Assembly: GCF_009914755.1 (NCBI RefSeq)
Contig: NC_060934.1
Length of the DNA: 64,000 nucleotides
From: the human T2T-CHM13v2.0 reference genome, Homo sapiens
Reading direction: 5' to 3' (one strand)
Positions 35,225 to 51,080 of this stretch are shown here, piece by piece. The position numbers and the translations under genes were made by a program. Position 1 is the first letter of the stretch; every line of letters begins with the position of its first letter. The notes under the pieces were generated by a model. It saw nothing but the letters and a program-made list of their open reading frames with translations, made no database searches and was not told where the DNA came from.

Positions 35225-36260
35225 ATCTTCCCATACTAATAAATGGTGCCACCATTTATCCAGTTACTGAAGCCTGAAACCTGGAATCATCATTGGCTCC
35301 TCACTTTTTCTTATGCCGATATGCAATTCACAAGATTTTATCTGTTCTACTTCCAAAATACATCTCAAATTCGTCTACCCCTCTCTGCCTACACTGCTAT
35401 CAACTTACTTTGGGTTATTATCATTTCTTTTATGGAAAAATTTAACAGTTTTCTAGCTACTCTCCCCTTTAAATCTAGTCTGTCTCCACACAATAGCCAG
35501 AGTGATCTTTCAGAGATCTAAAATGTTCTAATATCTTCCTTTTGGACTAAAGCTATGCATGGTAAACTTTGTTGTTTTGCCTGGCAGAGCTGGTCCTTTC
35601 CCACCTATGTCTTTGACCCTGTTAGGTCATTACTCCCAGTCTTCAGTTACAGTCAAGTTACACTGGCCTTTTGCCAAACACCTTTTTTTTTTTTTTTTTT
35701 TTTTTTTGAGACAGGGTCTTTCTCTGTTGCCCAGGCTGGAGTGCCATGGAATAAACACAGCACAGCTCACTGCAGTCTTGACCTCCTGGGCTCAAGTGAT
35801 CCTTCTGCCTCAGCCTCTGGAGTATCTGAGACCACAGGTGCACACCACCATGCCTGGCTAATTTTTAAATTTTTTGTACAGACAGGGTCTCACTATGTTT
35901 CCCAGCCTGGTCTTGACCTCTTGGGTTCAAGCGATCTGTCTACCTCAGCCTTCCAAAGTGTTGAGATTATAGGTATGAGCTAAATTTGCCAAACTCTTGC
36001 AAGACCACTATAAGGCCTTTGCATTGGCTGTTTTCTCCAACTCTGACTTTTTGGTTGAGTCCTTCGTTTATCCTTTATATCTCAGTTCTAATCACCTACT
36101 TAGAGCCTACCCTATCTAAAGTAAATGCCCCTTTCCTTATTTGTCTATTATTTCTACTAGAAAAGAAAAGAAAGCCCATGATAGTAAAATTTTGTGTTTT
36201 ACTCTTGAGTATATCCCAGTGCATGACATGTGGTAGACAATAAATACTTGTGAAGTCACT
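34975..36260. mobile_element. L2 LINE relic interrupted by an AluJ (35683-35990)
   Basis: aaatggtgccaccatttatccagttact.aagcc, gttctacttccaaaatacatctcaaat, gccagagtgatcttt, caataaatacttg. Confidence 0.7.
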
Positions 36261-36334
36261 CACTTTCTTTTTTTTCATTTTGTAAAATAGAAGCTGATGA
36301 TAAACTGCCCATCCTGCTTCCTGGAGTCATTGTA

Positions 36335-36382
36335 GGGAATAAATCAAACAATGTTTATGGGAATAAATCAAACAATGTTTAT
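36335..36382. repeat. Perfect 24-bp tandem duplication
   Basis: gggaataaatcaaacaatgtttat x2. Confidence 0.95.
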
Positions 36383-36404
36383 CAGTTTTGATGTCCTGGT
36401 ATGA

Positions 36405-36704
<300 letters not shown>

Positions 36705-38054
36705 TGGTATGATAATTTTCAATAAATGAGCTTTAGTTTTTTAAAAGACATTAGAGCAAATTTGAGAAAGTACAAAATAAAAAAAAAGCAGCCTGCCATC
36801 CCACACAACCACTTTTATTTAATTTTGTTTGTCTTAAAAAAGAAAGAAAGAAAGAAAAACAACAACTTTTAAGGGTGAATGTACTGTCCAGCACTCTCTT
36901 CTTTCTAATTTTCCTGTCCCAAGCAGCTTCCAAACACTTTAAGGAGGTGCATCAGTTAAGATAGATTAATTTTATACTTTTTAAGACTTGTAGGGAATTC
37001 ATTTATGTATTTTGAAACTTGCGTGGAAAGAAGTAAATACAAATGGTTCTTTATCAAATTTAGAAATTTTACTCTTGATAATTAAAGTTTTTATAAGAAT
37101 TTTGCCTAAAGAACTTTTCTTGAAACTAGCCTGTATATAATCAGGATTTCTTGATATGGAATACAATCTGATTTGTCTTTTAAAACAACTTGTACAGGTT
37201 ACTATTTATCCTGTGTGGTAACTACCGCTCCTGCTGTGATTCAAATATTTCAGCCCTTAAGCAGTTATATTAGGCTTGGGGAATAGTGTAATTTGAAGCC
37301 CTTGGAACATCTTTTTGAATTAGAAAAGGAATTCTCTAAATAAATATATTCAACTGGGAGAACTACTTTTTTGAAATTTATTACTTTGGAATATATAAAG
37401 TTTGGTCATCTTTGGAAGTAGAGATCTAATTTACCAGCAAATGGAGTTTATAATACTAAAATATAGTATTGTTTGCAAATAAAATTCTTTGTTTTTGTGT
37501 CTTAGGTTAATAAATTGTCTCTGAGTCAATTGTTACAACAAATACCAAATGGAAAAATTGCTTTCATTTCTTAGCATAGGCACAACCTTCGTAGTTCAGC
37601 CTTCCCAAAATGCTCTTTGTTCATCTGATGTATGTTGGAGAGACTCTTTATAAAAATGGCAATGTTGACATGTACCTTAATTTGCTATGTTCTTTTAAAA
37701 ATAAATTTGGGAAATTTGCTCTCTAGAACAGTAGCCTCCTAACCCATCAGAAACATTTTAAGGATTTATCCTAAATATTTTTACTTCTTAATTTGCAAAT
37801 TGCAAATTGTACTCATGCCCTGCCATCATTAGCTACTATATTAAGGCACAATATATACACTTAGGGTAAATAAATATAAATAAGTAAATATATATGTGTA
37901 AATTGTGTCCAGATAGTTGTAATGATAATGTCTTTGGTTTATTCACATATGGTTAGTTCAATATTATTTTTACCTTGTAAAGTGACTAATGAAGGGCTTG
38001 TGCAAAGAATTAGAGAAGAGTCAATTGACAGTTTACTTAAAACTAACTAATATT

Positions 38055-38892
<838 letters not shown>

Positions 38893-38916
38893 AATTAAAA
38901 GTTTTAATATTCCCCC

Positions 38917-39520
38917 TGTGGTGCTATATATGTATACATAGGTTTTCATCCATGGTCCTGGTTCATAACTCCCATATCCCTTTTTATGGTCTTTTGTTAA
39001 TAATGTTGGGTGTGTTAGGCCTCAGCCGCAGACCTCAGGAAATAGTCTGTCTCCTGCCCTTCTTTCACCTGCCCCAGGGCAGGACTCTAATCTCCCACCA
39101 CCTCCTTTCTGATTGTGGATCTTAAGACCCTCCACTGAGAGGGTCCCACCTCATACCCTCGTGGGAGGAAGGAATGCTTCCATAAAAACTCAAGAGGACT
39201 GGGTTTGGAAAGCTTCTGGATAGCTGAACACATGGAGATCCCTGGAGGGTGGTGTGCCCAGGGAGTCATGGCAGCTCTGAGCCCCTTCGCCCATACCTTG
39301 TTCTATGGGTCTCTTCATTTGTATTCTTTGCAATATCCTTCATAATAAACCAGCAGATATAAGTAAGTGTTTCCCTCAGTTCTGTGAGCCACTTCAGCAA
39401 ATTAATTGAACCCACAGAGGGGATCATGGTAACCCCAACTTGAAGCCAGTCAGTCAGAAGCTCCAGAGGCCCAGAGTTGTGACTGATATCTAGGGATATG
39501 GGGGACAATCTTGGAGCTCT
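38917..39520 (+). mobile_element. MER21-family LTR, 3'-truncated
   Basis: agcttctggatagctgaacacatggag, cctggagggtggtgtgcccaggg, aataaacc..agtgtttccct.agttctgtgagcc. Confidence 0.7.
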
Positions 39521-42475
39521 CAAGATGAGGCCCGAGGCTCTCTTTTAAGGGGTGTTCTGGATAAGTCATAGCAGTTAACAAGAATGCTAGGACATACAGG
39601 GACACATAATTCATCAGTCCTGTCAAAGTACATCACAAAAATCCAGTATCATGATTCCAACAGCATTTCAGTCTTGGGGTTAGGGTTGAAGTTAGACAAA
39701 ACAAAAACAAAAACAACCCACATTTGGTCACAGAGAAGTCTTCTGTGTTGATGATTTTTGTAGTATGAGAGTAGTGGAAAAACACGAGGTTGGAAAGAGT
39801 CTTTCCCTACACACTCCCCCACCCTGGAGGATCATCTTGCCTACCTCCTGGCATGTGTACACCCTGCTTTGGAAACCACCTTGCCTCACACAAGGGATGA
39901 AAATGCATTGTGGCAGAATTGAGTTCTTTGTCTTTTCTCATTTTCTCTCCAGATTTCATATATTGTGGAAAAGCAGTTGAATGAGAAAACTAATCTTTCA
40001 AACAAGCATAGCCAGTGTAATGCAGACTTCGTAGACTGTAGAGCATGTCCCTCTAAAACTGAGTGTATAATTGAGTCTGTACCTAGGACTTCCAGGGCTT
40101 TTAGTAATTAAATGATAGATTTTATAGAACGCAGACATTGTTTAGCTAAAAAGAGATATTTCCATCTCAATTCTATTTAGAAGATATTATGGAGCTAGAG
40201 GTGGAGATCTATGACTAAGGGCATGTTGAATTTTTTTATGAAAGAAGGGGACTCTGGTAATTAATTTTTTATGATAATGTATTCTTTCAATTTGGAAATG
40301 GTTCGAGTACGAACTCAATTATTTTCAAATATAAATTTTGGAAATGGGATATTTTTAGATCTAATTGCCGATGACTAATATAATGAATCTTTATAAAAAT
40401 ACTATTTTGTATCTTGGAGGTTGGGGGACATGTAGATGTTGCTTAAAATCATTGAAAAAGTATTCTTTTTGCAGCATCCTGCTTGCCTGGCTTGTGGATT
40501 TCACCTTGTTTCTGCTGGGGATATTAGTTTGTTTCTTAAATAAGGATTTTTGTCTATTTAAAGACTCAGTTGTCTAGTTTCAAAGGTAAAGCTTAAAGCA
40601 GGTCCTTCTTCCGCTTCCCTACTCCACAAAATACATAGTCACAGACTGACTAGTAATGAGTAAAACAAAAGCAAACTGCCTCTTAATCTAGGAACAGAGA
40701 AGAAATACAGAAGTCCCTATTTCAGAGAGAGTAAGGGTTAAAATTCTTAGCAGTCGGGGCAGGGTATAACACTCTTGAGAAGAGTGATAAGGGCTTTCCC
40801 AGTAGCCTGCAGTTCCCTGTAGAGTAGTACATGGCTAGACTTGTCAGATTAGGGCAAGAATAGCAATTTGACCAGTGAGTTCCAGCAGGTGTAGCAGCAA
40901 AAGCACAGATTTCTTACACATACATGTAATGCATGTCTGCTTATAGCGGACAGCCCTTGAGATGAGGTCTGAGGTGTTCTGAATGAGTCATAGCAGTTAC
41001 CAAGAATGCTAGGACATGCATGCACAGATAATTCACCAATCCTGTCAACATGCATCACAAAAATCCAGTCTCACATGATTCCAACAGCAGTAGCGCCTAA
41101 ATTCACGTTATTGCACTGTAACAAAATTGTATCATCTTGTGTATAGCCTAGGATCTACTGGCTTCAGCTAATGTAGAAGTCATTATCACTAGGTGGCATT
41201 TGCTTGGGGAGTTGAGGCCTCACACAGAGGGATTTTCCTGAGGTTTCCTACCAATACAGCAAACTCTAAGGAAAGAAGAAGGTAGGGTTGGAGAGAGATG
41301 GGGTTTTGTATATTATTTCAACCCATTCCGTTGGTTTAATTTTCGTGTGAGAGTCTAGCCAGGCAGGCTAGGATAGGAAATTATTTTGTCTGACTCTTTG
41401 CCCCCCTTTTTTCCCAACACCCTCTGTGCTGCTGTTCTTCCTCCCTTGACTGTAAGTAGTGTAACCCTCCCTTTTGCTCCAGCTGCTTTATTTTCATTAT
41501 TATTGTCTAGGAGTTCCTCATTTTCCTGAGTGTGGAAAAGATTCTAAAGAAAAGACCTTGATCCAGTAATTAATTTTGCTCTTAACATTTACAGACCCTT
41601 CCTCTCCTTAATAAAAATGGCTAAAATACAAATTGTTAAATTGTTATTTCAGAATTTGAAATAACAGTGGATTTTTTTCTTTAAAAAATGAACTTAAAAT
41701 GATCATGCTATGAAAGATCTTAGATTTATTTTTGGTTCTCAGGTTTGATTAATAAATTATATTTTTCAGTTCATTGCATACTACAAAATTTATTAAATTA
41801 TCTCAGCTGTGATTAAAATTAAAATGTATCTTGTTACATTAGTATGTGAAAATTAGTTCTATCCTGTAAAAATACTACCATATTATGAATAATCTTTTAC
41901 ATGCCTGTAGGGGACTAATGGGAAATTTAGTAATATTTGCATATTTTTTCCTTAAATAGTAGTAATATTTCCATGTTTTGTTTGTAAGCGACAAATATGT
42001 ATATATATATTCATAGGTATTTTTTATATGATGGGAGAAGGTTTTGTATTTTTGTTTTTTGCCTCAGCTTTTCCCAGCTCTAGGGAGAGGTTTTTAATAT
42101 ATCTTTGTAGTTGATCAAAGTTATAAGGGATCTGAACTTATTGATTTAAGCTATTAAAGATAACCTTTGCATACACAAAGTTCTGTTATAGCGAATACTG
42201 GTACAACAAAGAGTCATAACAATAGAGTTCTTTAAAAAAACACACTGTCTTTGCTCTCATTTCCCAACATGATGGACCTAGTAATGGATATGGTGATCTA
42301 GTAGCCAGAATATTTTAAAATTTTTATACTGCCAATTAGAATAATGCTTTTCTTTAATTTTTGTCAATGAATGTGAGTTTTTATAAATGCTCATTTTATA
42401 CTGTAAAAGTAGTTGAACTTTATGAATTTCTGCAAGATTCTGCCACTATGCGAAAACTTGAATGGGAGGTGAAGA

Positions 42476-42538
42476 TTTTTTTTTTTTTTTTTTTGGTAGA
42501 GACATGGTCTCACTGTGTTGCCCAGGCTGGTCTCGAGC
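42476..42538 (-). mobile_element. Very short 5'-truncated FLAM/Alu-monomer insertion
   Basis: ~45 nt of Alu left-arm 3' end plus poly(A). TSD gaggt(g/a)aagatttt at 42466 and 42539. Confidence 0.8.
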
Positions 42539-42742
42539 GAGGTAAAGATTTTAAATGGAGTTCAGCTAGTATTAAGCCCACTACTCACTTGTTCTGTGGT
42601 ACTCTTAACAAATAATGTTGGATTACGACAGCAAAATATGTGGTATAGAACTATTTTCATTTTTGATCTACTTAGGACAGGTATTAATGGACACTTTCTC
42701 ATAGCTCATAATCATGTTGGTATTGCTCTCTCTTGTTTGTGA

Positions 42743-43169
<427 letters not shown>

Positions 43170-43323
43170 TGTCCAAAAGATTTTAAAGTTGGGTGTTATG
43201 TTATTGAAATAAAATTCTTATATAAATTCTCTTATTTACTTTGTTAGTGGGGAAATCCAGTATCCTTAAGAATACAATCCTAAAATAAAGTTGTTACATA
43301 TTGCAGAAAGGCAGAGTGATTGT

Positions 43324-43393
43324 GTTGTTATGGCAACTCAAATGGGGAAAATGAAAACAGCCCAGATAAGCTGCATCCTGTTGTCATGGCAAC
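43324..43393. promoter_or_regulatory. Pair of RFX X-box motifs (candidate enhancer)
   Basis: GTTGTTATGGCAAC (43324-43337) and GTTGTCATGGCAAC (43380-43393), against the consensus GTTGCCATGGCAAC, in non-repeat DNA. Confidence 0.55.
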
Positions 43394-44358
43394 CACAGTT
43401 GTGGAAATGATTAAAGCTAGCCTAGAAAGGATGTATTGCAGCTTTAGTCCACTGAAAGTAAATAGTGTAAGAAAAGACAGGGAGAATTGGTTTTTGACAA
43501 AAGTTAAATCCCTCTGGTGCCACAAGTTGCTAGTACCACCATGTGTAGACAGATCTCTGTCCTTTCTAATTGTGTTTCAACTCAATTTTATTGCCTCAGA
43601 TCATAATTGTGCTATGGAGGAAAGAAATGTAATAACTATGAAAAGCTTGTGAATAATGATTTTTTTGGTAGCAAATTTAGAAAGCAAAGTTAGGAAATTT
43701 ATTTATTGAAAATGACTTTTAAAAAATAGGGTGTTTTCCTTTCCTCTTTCCCCCATTTCTCACCCAGTGCTTAATTTTCATTTTTTTCATACCCTGTTAC
43801 TGTATCATTTTAGTCTTAAGTGTTGAATTGTAATGTAAATATCTAATACCATGGCAATTGGTAAGGCATCACATGCAGCATTATGATTGCCTATGAACAG
43901 ATGGATTTGATGATAAATGATAAACATCCTGTAAGTGTGAATAAATTTATTTTAGCTCTATCTTTCAAACTTTCTCTGTAATCAAAGCTTCTTAAGTGTT
44001 TTTAAAAATGCCATTATTTCCTTCCCAAATTCCACTTGCTCATCACAGCAAGATATTTCATCCTAGTGGAGTGGAGACATGTTAGGAATAAACCTGATGA
44101 AAACCGTGGTCTTTGTTCAGCAGCTGGCTGCTTGCACAGGTTTTTGTGGTAATGGCATTGGCATCTCTGTATTAGAGTATTGATCTGCTGCTTGGTAGGT
44201 ACTGTGTAAAATAAGTCTTCTAGTAAAGATGTATTAAGTGGTTTAAGAGCAGTTTATATTACAAATAAGGTGGAAGAAGGTGGAGTTCTGTAAGACCGGA
44301 CACATGCTATAAATATCCATAAAATTAAGTATTTTATCTAAAAATGTGTGTTGAAAAT

Positions 44359-45333
<975 letters not shown>

Positions 45334-45692
45334 TAAAAAGAAGAAAAAGATGGAGGAGGAGAAGGGAGAACTATAACTAGAATCACCTTTTTTTTTTTTT
45401 TTTTTTTAGAATTTTTAAAAAGCTCATTCCCTTTTGCTGTTATTTAATGGTAGCAGGTCATGTATGACTCATGACTTAGGTCATACAACTTAGGATATTA
45501 AATGGTTCAGATACCCAGCAAACAGTTCAAAGATTGCATTAACAAGCTAGCTAACATTTTGTAAAGGAGTTCAAAATGAAAGACTGTCAGTACCTATATT
45601 CCGTGTGCCTAGCTGTTGTTGCCCCACTGGAATGTCACAATGCAAGGATGTGAATCTCCCTTTCTCCTAACAGAAGTTTTTAAAGCTAACAG

Positions 45693-45750
45693 ATTTTAAC
45701 AGATTTGCAAACAGAAGTTTGCAAGCAGAAGTTTGTAAATCTGTTAAAAT
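45693..45750. repeat. 20-bp inverted repeat with an 18-nt loop
   Basis: attttaacagatttgcaaac ... gtttgtaaatctgttaaaat (19/20 complementary). Confidence 0.9.
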
Positions 45751-47746
45751 GTTTTACATTAAAATTTGATGCACTGATTTTTAGATTGGTGTCTAAAGTA
45801 GGCAATATCATCAGGTTGTGCATTTGAGATTTACCAGTTTACATCTTGGCTTATGATAAATTGGATTGGAAGATCAGGTACTTTATTTTCCTGGAAGAAA
45901 AAAAAATTAGGTATATTCATCATTCCCATTTCACAATTTCTTGTCATATCTCACTTGCTTCAGAAATACTCATTTTGGATCCTTCTTGTGAATATGTAAC
46001 TCTTAATACTAATGTCCTGAGAGAAAGGAGAATTTCTTGTCTAACCTCAGTAATAACCATACCATCACAAAAGAAGGCCTCACAATGTATCAGGCAATCA
46101 AATAGCCAATAACCTATTCTCCTGCTAAATTCCATAAACTGGATGGGGAGGGTAGATAATGTTCATTTTTGTTACTTACCAGGGAACATGACACTTGGTC
46201 TTTGAAATTGTTATTTATTTCATATATTGTAGCTGCCAATCAGTCAGTGATTTGCAAATAGCAAAGTAAATACACTGCTGAAAATGAGTTTCTTCTTTGT
46301 GCTGATCTGTGATGTGCGGGAAATCAGATGTAATATGGTTGCATTTATTTATGTAGGCATCTATTCTCTTTCTTAATGAGCAAGTAATTTTCTTTTCTCT
46401 ACTTCTACACAAAAGTTAAATTAAGGAGTACCCAAGAGGGCTGGGAAACTTGGTTTGCAGTCATTGAAATACTGCTGAGTATCAGGGGATCCTTTCATGA
46501 GTGGAGTTTCCCTCTCCTTAAGAAGAAAGCTCCAGATAGCTCCCTTTTGAACTCATTGTTAGAGCAAACACATCTGTAGAGGAAGATGATCCATAAGTCT
46601 AATGCTAAGGATTTGCCTCCTCTCCCTATCAATGAGAAGGGTTTGCCTCCTCTCCCTGTCAAAGGATTTTACTCTGGCTTATTTGGCTGTTTTTGCCTGG
46701 GAAGTGAGGGGCAAGAGCTCTGATCTTTCCTATGACGGCCAGCCTGGCCTTAATATGTAGATTATTAACATGATACCAGCCTCTGTTGAGTCATAGCAAC
46801 TGCTATGAACAAACATGTAAATCCATCTAGGGGAAGAAAAGAGTGTTGCAAATGCCTTTCATCAAAATGGAAGACTACTTCAACTTCTATTTGCTCTTCT
46901 TGTTATAACCAAGCTTTTTCTTTTTTCATTTTCCTCTGCCTTTCTTTCCCTCCTTTTTTCCGTCCCCACTATCCTCCATCTTTCAGAAATATCAAAAGCT
47001 GAATCTTCCCACCGAACACTGCAATCATTTGAAATTTGTGTATAGGCCAGCTTCACATCATCAGAAATTGTGTAACCCCATGATTCCCAGGCCTCAGCTG
47101 GTAGTGTAGTTATTTCAAATAATATTTAATACAATAAATTCTATGGCAATAAAAGAATTTGGACAGTCCCTTCGAACTTATTGCAATGAGATTTGACTTG
47201 AATTTAATACAATGAAGTTTCAGAATAGCCAAGTAATTTTGTTGTGGCATGATTTAAAGGGTATTTAAGTACAGGTATAGGTGATTGAGTTTGTAAAACC
47301 TAATCAGAGGTAAATTGCAGTTTTACTCTTATCACGTGAATGAGCATTCAAAAATACAGAAATTCTTTACTTAGCATAAGGTGATTTTTAACAGTGTGGC
47401 AAAGAGTGTAAGTGAACATCCTTAACTTTTTGTTCTGTCAAGGGGAGAATAAAGATACCACCTGGCTGTATGTATAAATTTGCTTACTAAGATGGTTGAT
47501 TGATTTCTTTTAGGTGGGTATTAAAAGTGGCTTTTTTGGTATAGAAAACATGTAGCATCAAAGCAGTGTTGTGATGCCCTGCTGTCTTCTGATGTTGAAT
47601 ATTTTATGGGATTAAAAACAATTGTTTTTATCTTACTCTTTCAGATTCAACAATCTTATAGTAAAAGCAGCCATAGACTAAATATTTAGAATTTATTATG
47701 TTGATACAAATGAAAGAAACATAAAATACAAATATTGAGTGAATTA

Positions 47747-48013
<267 letters not shown>

Positions 48014-49669
48014 TTATTGTCTTATGCTCTGGAGTTCTTACCTCAAGCCAGTGACTTTTAAGATCTGTTGTTTTCTGTACTGAAGCAGAATAGTGAAAAT
48101 GTTTTTATAGGAAGTTATGAAAAAAAGTCTATATTAATTTGCTTTGGGTCATTCTAGTCTCTCTGGTAAATTCATAATTAGGAAGGCCTTTTTAAGGCTG
48201 TATGCTAGTCTCACAGGTACACAGGTACTTCATATCTGATAAATCTAAATTCATATGTGAGGAGGTTATGTTTTTTTAAAGCATATTATTTACACAATTC
48301 ACTGGAATGGCTCCTTTGGAAGTTGGGTGACTCTCTTATGTAATTATATACTTAGTAACCCTGCTCTACAAAGCAGTAGAAATTCAAGTAAGAATAATTT
48401 ACTGCTTATGCATAGTTATTAGAATTTTAAAGCATTTGTTTGTTCAAAATTCTAGTTTATCAGTGTTGTATTTGACTAATTGCCTACTTAATAAATAATG
48501 AATATAATTTATTTTAGAAGGCACCCAAATTTTAACAATTGTAAATAAACATTAGGAGCTGCTCCCCCTCTTCGCTTTCTTGTTTAAAGGGATTCTCATC
48601 CCTTTAGTCCAAGTTTCGTGGAGAAAATAATTCCTATTTTAAAAATTCTATATTAGAAGTATTATAGATGGACTTAAATTACAGAATTGTGGAATTTTAT
48701 TGCTGTAAGGTAGTTAGAAATATCTTATTCTATCCATTTTACCAGCAAAGAAGGTGAAGTGTATAGAAATTAAGTGAACTTCTCAAAGTCATACAATTGG
48801 TTTGAGGACAAGTCTGTTCCACAACCTGATATGTCATGCCTTCTCAGTTGTCATGATAATTCAGCAGTTCATTTCACCAGGGATTCCTTGAACACTGCTG
48901 TGTGTACAACAGTGGGCTAAGCATCCAGAGGTTATAACAATAGTGTGAGTTTATATGGTCTAACAATAATGATATCAGACTAGTAATATTTTACATTTGA
49001 ATCTCAGTTTTATCTGGTGTTTTCTAATGTTTATAAATGTTAATGTGTGGTGGCTAAACCTTTAAATCTCTTTTTCTCTACTAGATTATAACCTCTTTAA
49101 AAGCAGGGACTCATTTAGCTTTTGTAAAGTCAATCCAGTTTCATTTTTAAAGACTTAAATTAAAATTTCTAAGCATTGATGGCATTGTTGGAATAAATGT
49201 AGCTTCCTGAGGTGTCTTCTCTGGGGACGATACACATTTTAAAATTGTATTTCTGTTTTCATCAAGTACTTTCCATTTCAAGTAACAGATTGCTTCATTC
49301 CCCCTTTAAGCAAGAAGGGAGAGTATTTTAAGGGTACAGAGATAGCTCATGGAACTAAAGGGAAAAAGATGGCCAGTAAGGCCCCATAAGGACTTGGAAC
49401 CAGGCATTGGAATACCTTTAGGACACAAGGCAGCCGCCCTTGCATTCCTAAGATAAATCCTACTTAGTCATGGTGTATATTCCTTTTTCTGTGTTGCTGG
49501 ATTTTATTTGCCATTATTTTGTTGAGGATTTTTGCCTATATGGCCATAAGGGATATTGGTCTGTAATCTCCATTCTGCTGTTGAGACCATCCAGTGAGTT
49601 TAAAAATTTTATTTTCAGTTTTCTCATTCCCATTTAGTTCTTCCCCTGACCCCCTTTTTTTACTTCCCC

Positions 49670-51080
<1,411 letters not shown>

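Noticed and set aside
40849-41058. Cys-rich minus-strand ORF faintly reminiscent of a retroviral env CX6CC region
   Set aside because: The similarity is too weak to support without a profile search.
43320-43652. 110-aa non-repeat ORF
   Set aside because: Non-ATG start, no recognisable domain and no match to BTRC peptides. The region is better explained by DNA motifs.
46612-46662. 21-bp direct repeat with a 9-nt spacer (superficially CRISPR-like)
   Set aside because: Only two copies, in a eukaryotic context. An ordinary slippage duplication.
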